Assembly: GCF_006345805.1 (NCBI RefSeq)
Contig: NW_021833764.1
Span: forward strand, 12,487-76,486
Direction of reading: 5' to 3'
Length of the DNA stretch: 64,000 nt
DNA from: Octopus sinensis
Taxonomy: Eukaryota
The notes beneath the pieces were generated by a model, which had not been told where the DNA came from, did no database searches, and saw only the letters and a list, made by a program, of their open reading frames with translations. This document shows positions 12,101 to 27,100 of this stretch, piece by piece (position 1 is the stretch's first letter; the number at the start of each line of letters is the position of its first letter). Both the position numbers and the translations under genes were made by a program.

Positions 12101-15100
12101 GTTACGCACTGGGGTCGATATAATCGACTTAAGTGAATGATTTTTTTAAAATGAATATAAAATGTATTTCGTCTGCCGCTATGTTCTGAGTTCAATTCCA
12201 CCGAGGTCGACTTTGCCTTTCGTCCTTTCGGGGTCGATAAATAAGTACCAGTTACGCACTGGGGTCGATATAATCGACTTAAGTGAATGATTTTTTTAAA
12301 TGAATTATAAAATGTATTCGTCGGCTGCCGCTACGTTCTGGGTTCAAATTCCACCGAGGTCGACTTGCCTTTCGTCCTTTCGGGGTCGATTAAATAAGTA
12401 CCAGTTACGCACTGGGTCGATATAATCGATTTAAGTGAATGATTTTTTTAAATGAAATATAAAATGTATTTCGTCTGCCGCTACGTTCTGAGTTCAAATT
12501 CCACCGAGGTCGACTTTGCCTTTCGTCCTTTCGGGGTCGATTAAATAAGTACCAGTTACGCACTGGTGTCGATATAATCGACTTAAGTGAATGATTTTTT
12601 TAAATGAAATATAAAATGTATTTCGTCTGCCGCTACGTTCTGAGTTCAAATTCCACCGAGGTCAACTTCGCCTTTCGTCCTTTCGGGGTCGATTAAATAA
12701 GTTCCAGTTACGCACTGGTGTCGATATAATCGACTTAAGTGAATGATTTTTTTAAATGAAATATAAAATGTATTTCGTCTGCCGCTACGTTCTGAGTTCA
12801 AATTCCACCGAGGTCGACTTTGCCTTTCGTCCTTTCGGGGTCGATTCGATTAATAAGTACAGTTACGCACTGGGTCGATATAATCGACTTAAGTGGATGA
12901 TTTTTTTAAATGAATATAAAATGTATTTCGTCTGCCGCTACGTTCTGAGTTCAAATTCCACCGAGGTCGACTTTGCCTTTCGTCCTTTCGGGGTCGATTA
13001 TAAGTACCAGTTACGCACTGGGGTCGATAAATCGACATAAGTGAATGATTTTTTTAAATGAATTATAAAATGTATTTCGTCTGCCGCTACGTTCTGAGTT
13101 CAATTCCACCGAGGTCGACTTTGCCTTTCGTCCTTTCGGGGTCGATTAAATAAGTACCAGTTACGCACTGGGGTCGATATAATCGACTTAGTGAATGATT
13201 TTTTTAAATGAATATAAAATGTATTTCGTCTGCCGCTATGTTCTGAGTTCAAATTCCACGAGGTCGACTTTGCCTTTCGTCCTTCGGGGTCGATTAAATA
13301 AGTACCAGTTACGCACTGGGGTCGATATAATCGACTTAAGTGATGATTTTTTTTTAATGAATTATAAAATGTATTTCGTCTGCCGCTACGTTCTGAGTTC
13401 AAATTCCACCGAGGTCGACTTGCCTTTCGTCCTTTCGGGGTCGATTAAATAAGTACCAGTTACGCACTGGGTCGATATAATCGATTTAAGTGAATGATTT
13501 TTTTAAATGAAATATAAAATGTATTTCGTCTGCCGCTATGTTCTGAGTTCAAATTCCACCGAGGTCGACTTTGCCTTTCGTCCTTTCGGGGTCGATTAAA
13601 TAAGTACCAGTACGCACTGGGGTCGATTAATCGACTTAAGTGAATGATTTTTTAAATGAATTACAAAATGTATTTCGTCTGCCGCTACGTTCTGAGTTCA
13701 AATTCCACCGAGGTCGACTTTGCTTTCGTCCTTTCGGGGTCGATTAAATAAGTACCAGTTACGCACTGGAGTCGATATAATCGACTTAAGTGAATGATTT
13801 TTTTAATGAAATATAAAATGTATTTCGTCTGCCGCTACGTTCTGAGTTCAAATTCCACCGAGGTCGACTTTGCCTTTCGTCCTTTCAGGGTCGATTAAAT
13901 AAGTACCAGTTACGCACTGGGGTCGATATAATCGACTTAGTGAATGATTTTTTTAAATGAATTATAAAATGTATTTCGTCTGCCGCTACGTTCTGAATTC
14001 AAATTCCACCGAGGTCGACTTGCCTTTCGTCCTTTCGGGGTCGATTAAATAAGTACCAGTTACCACTGGGGTCGATATATCGATTTAAGTGAATGATTTT
14101 TTTAAATGAATAATACATGTATTCGTCTGCCGCTATGTTCTTATTCAAATTCCACCGAGGTCGACTTTGCCTTTCGTCCTTTCGGGGTCGATTAAATAGT
14201 ACCAGTTACGCACTGGGTCGATATAATCGATTTAATGAATGATTTTTTAAAATGAATTATAAAATGTATTCGTCTGCCGCTATGTTCTGAGTTCAAATTC
14301 CACCGAGGTCGACTTTGCCTTTCGTCCTTTCGGGGTCGATTAATAAGTACAGTTACGCACTGGGGTCGATATAATCGACTTAAGTGAATGATTTTTTAAA
14401 TGAAATATAAAATGTATTTCGTCTGTCGCTACGTTCTGAGTTCAAATTCCACCGAGGTCGACTTTGCCTTTCGTCCTTTCGGGGTCGATTAAATAAGTAC
14501 CAGTTACGCACTGGGTCGATAATCGACTTAAGTGAATGATTTTTTAAAATGAATATAAAATTATTTCGTCTGCCGCTATGTTCTGAGTTCAAATTCCACA
14601 CCGAGGTCGACTTTGCCTTCGTCCTTTCGGGGTCGATTAAATAAGTAGCAGTTACGCACTGGGTCGATATAATCGACTTAAGTGAATGATTTTTTAAATG
14701 AAATATAAAATGTATTTCGTCTGCCGCTACGTTCTGAGTTCAAATTCCACAGAGGTCGACTTTGCCTTTCGTCCTTTCGGGGTCGATTAAATAGTACCAG
14801 TTACGCACTGGGGTCGATATAATCGACTTAAGTGAATGATTTTTTTAAATGAATTATAAAATGTATTTCGTCTGCGCTACGTTCTGAGTTCAAATTCCAC
14901 CGAGTCGACTTTGCCTTTCGTCCTTTCGGGGTCGATTAAATAAGTACCAGTTACGCACTGGGGTCGATATAATCGACTTAAGTGAATGATTTTTTTAATG
15001 AAATATAAAATGTATTCGTCTGCCGCTACGTTCTGAGTTCAAATTCCACCAAGGTCGACTTTGCCTTTCGTCCTTTCGGGGTCGATTAATAAGTACCAGT

Positions 15101-18100
15101 TACGCACTGGGGTCGATATAATCGACTTAAGTGAATGATTTTTTAAATGAAATATAAAATGTATTTCGTCTGCCGCTAGTTCTGAGTTCAATTCCACCGA
15201 GGTCGACTTTGCCTTCGTCCTTTCGGGGTCGATTAAATAAGTACCAGTTACGCACTGGGGTCGATATAATCGACTTAAGTGAATGATTTTTTTAAATGAA
15301 TTATAAAATGTATTTCCTCTGCCGCTACGTTCTGAGTTCAAATTCCACCGAGGTCGACTTTGCCTTTCGTCCTTTCGGGCGATTAAATAAGTACCAGTTA
15401 CGCACTGGGGTCGATATAATCGATTTAAGTGAATGATTTTTTTAAATGAAATAAAATGTATTTCGTCTGCCGCTATGTTCTGAGTTCAAATTCCACCGAG
15501 GTCGACTTTGCCTTTCGTCCTTTCGGGGTCGATTAAATAAGTACCAGTTACGCACTGGGGTCGATATAATCGACTTAAGTGAATGATTTTTTTTAATGAA
15601 TTATAAAATGTATTTCGTCTGCCGCTATGTTCTGAGTTCAAATTCCCGAGGTCGACTTTGCCTTTCGTCCTTTCGGGGTCGATTAATAAGTACCAGTTAC
15701 GCACTGGGGTCGATATAATCGACTTAAGTGAATGATTTTTTTAAATGAAATATAAAATGTATTTCGTCTGCCGCTACGTTCTGAGTTCAAATTCCACCGA
15801 GTCGACTTTGCCTTTCGTCCTTTCGGGGTCGATTAAATAAGTACCAGTTACGCACTGGGGTCGATATAATCGACTTAAGTGAATGATTTTTTTAAATGAA
15901 ATATAAAATGTATTTCGTCTGCCGCTACGTTCTGAGTTCAAATTCCACCGAGGTCGACTTTGCCTTTCGTCCTTTCGGGGTCGATTAATAAGTACCAGTT
16001 ACGCACTGGGGTCGATTAATCGACTTAAGTGAATGTTTTTTTAATGAAATATAAAATGTATTCGTCTGCCGCGACGTTCTGAGTTCAAATTCCACCGAGG
16101 TCGACATTGCCTTCGTCCTTTCGGGGTCGATTAAATAAGTAGCAGTTACGCACTGGGTCGATATAATCGACTTAAGTGAATGATTTTTTTAAAATGAATA
16201 ATAAAATGTATTTCGTCTGCCGCTACGTTCTGAGTCAAATTCCACCGAGGTCGACTTTGCCTTTCGTCCTTTCGGGGTCGATTAAATAAGTACCAGTTAC
16301 GCACTGGGTCGATATAATCGACTTAAGTGAATGATTTTTTTAAATGAAATATAAAATGTATTTCGTCTGCCGCTACGTTCTGAGTTCAAATTCCACGAAG
16401 GTCGACTTTGCCTTTCGTCCTTTCGGGGTCGATTAAATAAGTACCAGTTACGCACTGGGGTCGATATAATCGACTAAGTGAATGATTTTTTTAAATGAAA
16501 TATAAAATGTATTCGTTGCCGCTATGTTCTGAGTTCAAATTCCACCGAGGTTCACTTTGCCTTTCGTCCTTTCGGGGTCGATTAAATAAGTACCAGTTAC
16601 GCACTGGGGTCGATATAATCGACTTAAGTGAATGATTTTTTTAAATGAAATATAAAATGTATTTCGTCCGCCGCTCTACGTTCTGAGTTCAAATTCCACC
16701 GAGGTCGACTTTGCCTTCGTCCTTTCGGGGTCGATTAATAAGTACCAGTTACGCACTGGGGTCGATATAATCGACTTAAGTGAATGATTTTTTAAATTAA
16801 ATATAAAATGTATTTCGTCTGCCGCTATGTTCTGAGTTCAAATTCCACCGAGGTCGACTTTGCCTTTCGTCCTTTCGGGGTCGTTAAAATAAGTACCAGT
16901 TACGCACTGGGGTCGATATAATCGACTTAAGTGAATGACTTTTTTAAATGAATATAAAATGTATTTCGTCTGCCGCTACGTTCTGAGTTCAAATTCCACC
17001 GAGGTCGACTTGCCTTTCGTCCTTTCGGGGTCGATTAATAAGTACCAGTTACGCACTGGGGTCGATATAATCGACTTAAGTGAATGATTTTTTTAAAAAA
17101 ATGATTATAAATGTATTTCGTCTGCCGCTCTGTTCTGAGTTCAAATTCCACCACCGGGGTCGACTTGCCTTTCGTCGTCCTTTCGGGGTCGATTAAATAG
17201 TACCAGTTACGCACTGGGGTCGATATAATCGATTTAAGTGAATGATTTTTTAAAATGAATTATAAAATGTATTTCGTCTGCCGCTATGTCTGATTTCAAA
17301 TTCCACCGAGGTCGACTTTGCCTTTCGTCCTTTCGGGGTCGATTAAATAGTACCAGTTACGCACTGGGTCGAATAATCGACTTAAGTGAATGATTTTTTT
17401 AAATGAATTATAAAATGTATTTCGTCTGCCGCTATGTTCTGATTCAAATTCCACCGAGGTCGACTTTGCTTTTGTCCTTTCGGGGTCGATTAATAAGTAC
17501 CAGTTACGCACTGGGGTCGATATAATCGACTTAAGTGAATGATTTTTTTTAATGAATTATAAAATGTATTTCGTCTGCCGCTACGTTTCTGAGGTTCAAT
17601 TCCACCGAGGTCGACTTTGCCTTTCGTCCTTTCGGGGTCGATTAAATAAGTACCAGTTACGCACTGGGGTCGATATAATCGACTTAAGTGAATGATTTTT
17701 TTAAATGAAATATAAAATGTATGTCGTCTGCCGCTACGTTCTGAGTTCAAATTCCACCGAGGTCGACTTTGCCTTTCGTCCTTTCGGGGTCGCTTAAATA
17801 TGTACCAGTTACGCACTGGGGTCGATATAATCGACTTAAGTGAATGATTTTTTTAAATGAAATATAAAATGTAGTTCGTCTGCCGCTATGTTCTGAGTTT
17901 AAATTCCACCGAGGTCGACTTTGCGTTTCGTCCTTTCGGGGTCGATTAAAAAGTACCAGTTACGCACTGGGGTCGATATAATCGACTTAAGTGAATGATT
18001 TTTTTAAATGAATTATAAAATGTATTTCGTCTGCGTCTGCCGTACGTTCTGAGTTCAAATTCCACCGAGTTCGACTTTGCCTTTCGTTCCTTTCGGGGTC

Positions 18101-21100
18101 GATTAAATAAGTACCAGTTACGCACTGGGGTCGATATAATCGACTTAGTGAATGATTTTTTAAATGAAATATAAAATGTATTTCGTCTGCCGCTACGTTC
18201 TGAGTTCAAATTCCACCGAGGTCGACTTGCCTTTCGTCGTTTCGGGGTCGATTAATAAGTACCAGTTACGCACTGGGGTCGATATAATCGACTTAAGTGA
18301 ATGATTTTTTAAATGAAATATAAAATGTATTTCGTCTGCCGCTACGTTCTGAGTTCAAATTCCACCGAGGTCGACTTGCCTTTCGTCCTTTCGGGGTCGA
18401 TTAAATAAGTACCAGTTACGCACTGGGGTCGATATAATCGACTTAAGTGAATGATTTTTTTAAATGAAATATAAAATGTATTTCGTCTGCGCTACGTTCT
18501 GAGTTCAAATTCCACCGAGGTCGACTTTGCCTTTCGTCCTTTCGGGGTCGATTAAATAAGTACCAGTTACGCACTGGGGTCGATATAATCGACTTAAGTG
18601 AATGATTTTTTTAAATGAATATAAAATGTATTTCGTCTGCCGCGACGTTCTGAGTTCAAATTCCACCGAGGTCGACTTTGCCTTTCGTCCTTTCGGGGTC
18701 GATTAATAAGTACCAGTTACGCACTGGGGTCGATATAATCGACTTAAGTGAATGATTTTTTTAAATGAAATATAAAATGTATTTCGTCTGCCGCTACGTT
18801 CTGAGTTCAAATTCCACCGAGGTCGACTTTGCCTTTCGTCCTTTCGGGGTCGATTAAATAAGTACAGTTACGCACTGGGGTCGATATAATCGACTTAAGT
18901 GAATGATTTTTTTAAATGATTATAAAATGTATTTCGTCTGCCGCTACGTTCTGAGTTCAAATTCCACCGAGGTCGACTTTGCCTTTCGTCCTTTCGGGGT
19001 CGATTAAATAAGTACCAGTTACGCACTGGGGTCGATATAATCGACTTAAGTGAATGATTTTTTAAATGAAATATAAAATGTATTTCGTCTGCCGCTACGT
19101 TCTGAGTTCAAATTCCACCAAGGTCGACTTTGCCTTTCGTCCTTTCGGGGTCGATAAATAAGTACCAGTTACGCACTGGGGTCGATATAATCGACTTAAG
19201 TGATGATTTTTTTAAATGAAATATAAAATGTATTCGTCTGCCGCTATGTTCTGAGTTCAAATTCCACCGAGGTCGACTTTGCCTTTCGTCCTTTCGGGGT
19301 CGATTAAATAAGTACCAGTTACGCACTGGGGTCGATATAATCGACTTAAGTGATGATTTTTTTAATGAATTATAAAATGTATTTCCTCTGCCGCTACGTT
19401 CTGAGTTCAAATTCCACCGAGGTCGACTTTGCCTTTCGTCCTTTCGGGGTCGATTAAATAAGTACCAGTTACGCACTGGGGTCGATATATCGACTTAAGT
19501 GAATGATTTTTTAAAATTAAATATAAAATGTATTTCGTCTGCCGCTATGTTCTGAGTTCAAATTCCACCGAGGTCGACTTTGCCTTTCGTCCTTTCGGGG
19601 TCGATTAAATAAGTACCAGTTACGCACTGGGGTCGATATAATCGACTTAAGTGAATGACTTTTTTAAATGAATTATAAAATGTATTTCGTCTGCCGCTAC
19701 GTTCTGAGTTCAAATTCCACCGAGGTCGACTTTGCCTTTCGTCCTTTCGGGGTCGATTAAATAAGTACCAGTTACGCACTGGGGTCGATATAATCGATTT
19801 AAGTGAATGATTTTTTTAAATGAATTATAAAATGTATTTCGTCTGCCGCTATGTTCTGAGTTCAAATTCCACCGAGGTCGACTTTGCCTTTCGTCCTTTC
19901 GGGGTCGATTAAATAAGTACCAGTTACGCACTGGGGTCGATATAATCGACTTAAGTGAATGATTTTTTAGATGAATTATAAAATGTATTTCGTCTGCCGC
20001 TATGTTCTGAGTTCAAATTCCACCGAGGTCGACTTTGCCTTTCGTCCTTTCGGGGTCGATTAAATAAGTACCAGTTACGCACTGGGGTCGATATAATCGA
20101 CTTAAGTGAATGATTTTTTTAAATGAAATATAATATGTATTTCGTCTGCCGCTACGTTCTGAGTTCAAATTCCACCGAGGTCGACTTTGCCTTTCGTCCT
20201 TTCGGGGTCGATTAAATAAGTACCAGTTACGCACTGGGGTCGATATAATCGACTTAAGTGAATGATTTTTTTAAATGAAATATAAAATGTATTTCGTCTG
20301 CCGCTACGTTCTGAGTTCAAATTCCACCGAGGTCGACTTTGCCTTTCGTCCTTTCGGGGTCGATTACATAAGTACCAGTTACGCACTGGGGTCGATATAA
20401 TCGACTTAAGTGAATGATTTTTTTAAATGAAATATAAAATGTATTTCGTCTGCCGCGACGTTCTGAGTTCAAATTCCACCGAGGTCGACTTTGCCTTTCG
20501 TCCTTTCGGGGTCGATTAAATAAGTAGCAGTTACGCACTGGGTCGATATAATCGACTTAAGTGAATGATTTTTTTAAATGAAATATAAAATGTATTTCGT
20601 CTGCCGCTACGTTCTGAGTTCAAATTCCACCGAGGTCGACTTTGCCTTTCGTCCTTTCGGGGTCGATTAAATAAGTACCAGTTACGCACTGGGGTCGATA
20701 TAATCGACTTAAGTGAATGATTTTTTTTAAATGAAATATAAAATGTATTTCGTCTGCCGCTACGTTCTGAGTTCAAATTCCACGAAGGTCGACTTTGCCT
20801 TTCGTCCTTTCGGGGTCGATTAAATAAGTACCAGTTACGCACTGGGGTCGATATAATCGACTTAAGTGAATGATTTTTTTAAATGAAATATAAAATGTAT
20901 TTCGTTTGCCGCTATGTTCTGAGTTCAAATTCCACCGAGGTCGACTTTGCCTTTCGTCCTTTCGGGGTCGTTTAAATAAGTACCAGTTACGCACTGGGGT
21001 CGATATAATCGACTTAAGTGAATGATTTTTTTAAATGAATTATAAAATGTATTTCGTCCGCCGCTACGTTCTGAGTTCAAATTCCACCGAGGTCGACTTT

Positions 21101-24100
21101 GCCTTTCGTCCTTTCGGGGTCGATTAAATAAGTACCAGTTACGCACTGGGGTCGATATAATCGACTTAAGTGAATGATTTTTTAAAATTAAATATAAAAT
21201 GTATTTCGTCTGCCGCTATGTTCTGAGTTCAAATTCCACCGAGGTCGACTTTGCCTTTCGTCCTTTCGGGGTCGATTAAATAAGTACCAGTTACGCACTG
21301 GGGTCGATATAATCGACTTAAGTGAATGACTTTTTTAAATGAATTATAAAATGTATTTCGTCTGCCGCTACGTTCTGAGTTCAAATTCCACCGAGGTCGA
21401 CTTGCCTTTCGTCCTTTCGGGGTCGATTAAATAAGTACCAGTTACGCACTGGGGTCGATATAATCGACTTAGGTGAATGATTTTTTAAAATGAATTATAA
21501 AATGTATTTCGTCTGCCGCTCTGTTCTGAGTTCAAATTCCACCGAGGTCGACTTTGCCTTTCGTCCTTTCGGGGTCGATTAAATAAGTACCAGTTACGCA
21601 CTGGGGTCGATATAATCGATTTAAGTGAATGATTTTTTAAAATGAATTATAAAATGTATTTCGTCGTCTGCCGCTATGTTCTGAGTTCAAATTCCACGAG
21701 GTCGACTTTGCCTTTCGTCCTTTCGGGGTCGATTAAATAAGTACAGTTACGCACTGGGGTCGATATAATCGACTTAAGTGAATGATTTTTTAAATGAAAT
21801 ATAAAATGTATTTCGTCTGCCGCTATGTTCTGAGTTCAAATTCCACCGAGGTCGACTTTGCCTTTTGTCCTTCGGGGTCGATTAAATAAGTACCAGTTAC
21901 GCACTGGGGTCGATATAATCGACTTAAGTGAATGATTTTTTTAAATGAAATATAAAATGTATTTCGTCTGCCGCTACGTTCTGAGTTCAAATTCCACCGA
22001 GGTCGACTTTGCCTTTCGTCCTTTCGGGGTCGATTAAATAAGTACCAGTTACGCACTGGGGTCGATATAATCGACTTAAGTGAATGATTTTTTAAATGAA
22101 ATATAAAATGTATTTCGTCTGCCGCTACGTTCTGAGTTCAAATTCCACCGAGGTCGACTTTGCCTTTCGTCCTTTCGGGGTCGATTAAATAAGTACCAGT
22201 TACGCACTGGGGTCGATATAATCGACTTAAGTGAATGATTTTTTAAATGAAATATAAAATGTATTCGTCTGCCGCTATGTTCTGAGTTTAAATTCCACCG
22301 AGGTCGACTTTGCGTTTCGTCCTTCGGGGTCGATTAAATAAGTACCAGTTACGCACTGGGTCGATATAATCGACTTAAGTGAATGATTTTTTTAATGAAT
22401 TATAAAATGTATTTCGTCTGCCGCTACGTTCTGAGTTCAAATTCCACCGAGGTCGACTTTGCCTTTCGTCCTTTCGGGGTCGATTAAATAAGTACCAGTT
22501 ACGCACTGGGGTCGATATAATCGACTTAAGTGAATGATTTTTTTAATGAATTATAAAATGTATTTCGTCTGCCGCTACGTTCTGAGTTCAAATTCCACCG
22601 AGGTCGACTTTGCCTTTCGTCCTTTCGGGGTCGATTAAATAAGTACCAGTTACGCACTGGGGTCGATATAATCGACTTAAGTGAATGATTTTTTTAAATG
22701 AAATATAAAATGTTCGTCTGCCGCTACGTTCTGAGTTCAAATTCCACCAGGTCGACTTTGCCTTTCGTCCTTTCGGGGTCGATTAAATAAGTACCAGTTA
22801 CGCACTGGGGTCGATATAATCGACTTAAGTGAATGATTTTTTAAATGAAATATAAAATGTATTTCGTCTGCCGCTATGTTCTGAGTTCAAATTCCACCGA
22901 GGTCGACTTTGCCTTCGTCCTTTCGGGGTCGATTAAATAAGTACCAGTTACGCACTGGGGTCGATATAATCGACTTAAGTGAATGATTTTTTAAATGAAT
23001 TATAAAATGTATTTCCTGCCGCTACGTTCTGAGTTCAATTCCACCGAGGTCGACTTTGCCTTTCGTCCTTTCGGGGTCGATTAAATAAGTACCAGTTACG
23101 CACTGGGGTCGATATAATCGACTTAAGTGAATGATTTTTTAAAATTAAATATAAAATGTATTTCGTCTGCCGCTATGTTCTGAGTTCAAATTCCACCGAG
23201 GTCGACTTTGCCTTTCGTCCTTTCGGGGTCGATTAAATAAGTACCAGTTACGCACTGGGGTCGATATAATCGACTTAAGTGAATGATTTTTTAAATGAAT
23301 TATAAAATGTATTTCGTCTGCCGCTACGTTCTGGGTTCAAATTCCACCGAGGTCGACTTGCCTTTCGTCCTTTCGGGGTCGATTAAATAAGTACCAGTTA
23401 CGCACTGGGTCGATATAATCGATTAAGTGAATGATTTTTTAAATGAAATATAAAATGTATTTCGTCTGCCGCTATGTTCTGAGTTCAAATTCCACCGAGG
23501 TCGACTTTGCCTTTCGTCCTTTCGGGGTCGATTAAATAAGTACCAGTTACGCACTGGGGTCGATATAATCGACTTAAGTGAATGATTTTTAGATGAATAT
23601 AAAATGTATTTCGTCTGCCGCTATGTTCTGAGTTCAAATTCCACCGAGTCGACTTTGCCTTTCGTCCTTTCGGGGTCGATTAAATAAGTACCAGTTACGC
23701 ACTGGGGTCGATATAATCGACTTAAGTGAATGATTTTTTAAATGAAATATAATATGTATTTCGTCTGCCGCTACGTTCTGAGTTCAAATTCCACCGAGGT
23801 CGACTTTGCCTTTCGTCCTTTCGGGGTCGATTAATAAGTACCAGTTACGCACTGGGGTCGATAATCGACTTAAGTGAATGATTTTTTTAAATGAAATATA
23901 AAATGTATTTCGTCTGCCGCTACGTTCTGAGTTCAAATTCCACCGAGGTCGACTTTGCCTTTCGTCCTTTCGGGGTCGATTAAATAAGTACCAGTTACGC
24001 ACTGGGGTCGATATAATCGACTTAAGTGAAATTTTTTTTTTAAATGAAATATAAAATGTATTTCGTCTGCCGCGACGTTCTGAGTTCAAATTCACCGAGG

Positions 24101-27100
24101 TCGACTTTGCCTTTCGTCCTTTCGGGGTCGATTAAATAAGTAGCAGTTACGCACGGGTCGATATAATCGACTTAAGTGAATGATTTTTTAAATGAAATAT
24201 AAATGTATTTCGTCTGCCGCTACGTTCTGAGTTCAAATTCCACCGAGGTCGACTTTGCCTTTCGTCCTTTCGGGGTCGATTAAATAAGTACCAGTTACGC
24301 ACTGGGGTATATAATCGACTTAAGTGAATGATTTTTTTAAATGAAATATAAAATGTATTTCGTCTGCCGCTACGTTCTGAGTTCAAATTCCACGAAGGTC
24401 GACTTTGCCTTTCTGTCGTCTTTCGGGTCGATTAAATAAGTACCAGTTACGCACTGGGGTCGATATAATCGACTTAAGTGAATGATTTTTTTAAATGAAT
24501 ATAAAATGTATTTCGTTTGCCGCTATGTTCTGATTCAAATTCCACCGAGGTCGACTTTGCCTTTCGTCCTTTCGGGGTCGTTTAAATAAGTACCAGTTAC
24601 GCACTGGGGTCGATATAATCGACTTAAGTGAATGATTTTTTAAATGAATTATAAAATGTATTTCGTCGCCGCCGCTACGTTCTGAGTTCAATTCCACCGA
24701 GGTCGACTTTGCCTTTCGTCCTTTCGGGGTCGATTAAATAAGTACCAGTTACGCACTGGGTCGATATAATCGACTTAAGTGAATGATTTTTTAAAATTAA
24801 ATATAAAATGTATTTCGTCTGCCGCTATGTTCTGATTCAAATTCCACCGAGGTCGACTTTGCCTTTCGTCCTTTCGGGGTCGATTAAATAAGTACCAGTT
24901 ACGCACTGGGGTCGATATAATCGACTTAAGTGAATGACTTTTTTAAATGAAATTATAATGTATTTCGTCTGCCGCTACGTTCTGAGTTCAAATTCCACCG
25001 AGGTCGACTTGCCTTTCGTCTTCGGGGTCGATTAAATAAGTACCAGTTACGCACTGGGGTCGATATAATCGACTTAGGTGAATGATTTTTTAAATGAATT
25101 ATAAAATGTATTTCGTCTGCCGCTCTGTTCTGAGTTCAAATTCCACCGAGGTCGACTTTGCCTTTCGTCCTTTCGGGGTCGATTAAATAAGTACCAGACG
25201 CACTGGGGGGACGATAATCGATTTAAGTGAATGATTTTTTAAATGAATTATAAAATATTTCGTCTGCCGCTATGTTCTGAGTTCAAATTCCACCGAGGTC
25301 GACTTTGCCTTTCGTCCTTTCGGGGTCGATTAAATAAGTACCAGTTACGCACTGGGGTCGATATAATCGACTTAAGTGAATGATTTTTTAAATGAATTAT
25401 AAAATGTATTTCGTCTGCCGCTATGTTCTGAGTTCAAATTCCACCGAGGTCGACTTTGCCTTTTGTCCTTTCGGGGTCGATTAAATAAGTACCAGTTACG
25501 CACTGGGGTCGATATAATCGACTTAAGTGAATGATTTTTTTTAATGAATTATAAAATGTATTTCGTCTGCCGCTACGTTCTGAGTTCAAATTCCACCGAG
25601 GTCGACTTTGCCTTTCGTCCTTTCGGGGTCGATTAAATAAGTACCAGTTACGCACTGGGGTCGATATAATCGACTTAAGTGAATGATTTTTTTAAATAAA
25701 ATATAAAATGTATTTCGTCTGCCGCTACGTTCTGAGTTCAAATTCCACCGAGGTCGACTTTGCCTTTCGTCCTTTCGGGGTCGATTAAATATGTACCAGT
25801 TACGCACTGGGGTCGATATAATCGACTTAAGTGAATGATTTTTTTAAATGAAATATAAAATGTATTCCGTCTGCCGCTATGTTCTGAGTTTAAATTCCAC
25901 CGAGGTCGACTTTGCGTTTCGTCCTTTCGGGGTCGATTAAATAAGTACCAGTTACGCACTGGGGTCGATATAATCGACTTAAGTGAATGGTTTTTTTAAA
26001 TGAATTATAAAATGTATTTCGTCTGCCGCTACGTTCTGAGTTCAAATTCCACCGAGGTCGACTTTGACTTTCGTCCTTTCGGGGTCGATTAAATAAGTAC
26101 CAGTTACGCACTGGGGTCGATATAATCGACTTAAGTGAATGATTTTTTTAAATGAATTATAAAATGTATTTCGTCTGCCGCTACGTTCTGAGTTCAAATT
26201 CCACCGAGGTCGACTTTGCCTTTCGTCCTTTCGGGGTCGATTAAATAAGTACCAGTTACGCACTGGGGTCGATATAATCGACTTAAGTGAATGATTTTTT
26301 TTAAATGAAATATAAAATGTATTTCGTCTGCCGCTACGTTCTGAGTTCAAATTCCACCAAGGTCGACTTTGCCTTTCGTCCTTTCGGGGTCGATTAAATA
26401 AGTACCAGTTACGCACTGGGGTCGATATAATCGACTTAAGTGAATGATTTTTTTAAATGAAATATAAAATGTATTTCGTCTGCCGCTATGTTCTGAGTTC
26501 AAATTCCACCGAGGTCGACTTTGCCTTTCGTCCTTTCGGGGTCGATTAAATAAGTACCAGTTACGCACTGGGGTCGATATAATCGACTTAAGTGAATGAT
26601 TTTTTTAAATGAATTATAAAATGTACTTCCTCTGCCGCTACGTTCTGAGTTCAAATTCCACCGAGGTCGACTTTGCCTTTCGTCCTTTCGGGGTCGATTA
26701 AATAAGTACCAGTTACGCACTGGGGTCGATATAATCGACTTAAGTGAATGATTTTTAAAATTAAATATAAAATGTATTTCGTCTGCCGCTATGTTCTCAG
26801 TTCAAATTCCACCGAGGTCGACTTTGCCTTTCGTCCTTTCGGGGTCGATTAAATAAGTACCAGTTACGCACTGGGGTCGATATAATCGACTTAAGTGAAT
26901 GACTTTTTTAAATGAATTATAAAATGTATTTCGTCTGCCGCTACGTTCTGAGTTCAAATTCCACCGAGGTCGACTTTGCCTTTCGTCCTTTCGGGGTCGA
27001 TAAATAAGTACCAGTTACGCACTGGGGTCGATATAATCGATTTAAGTGAATGATTTTTTAAAATGAATTATAAAATGTATTTCGTCTGCCGCTATGTTCT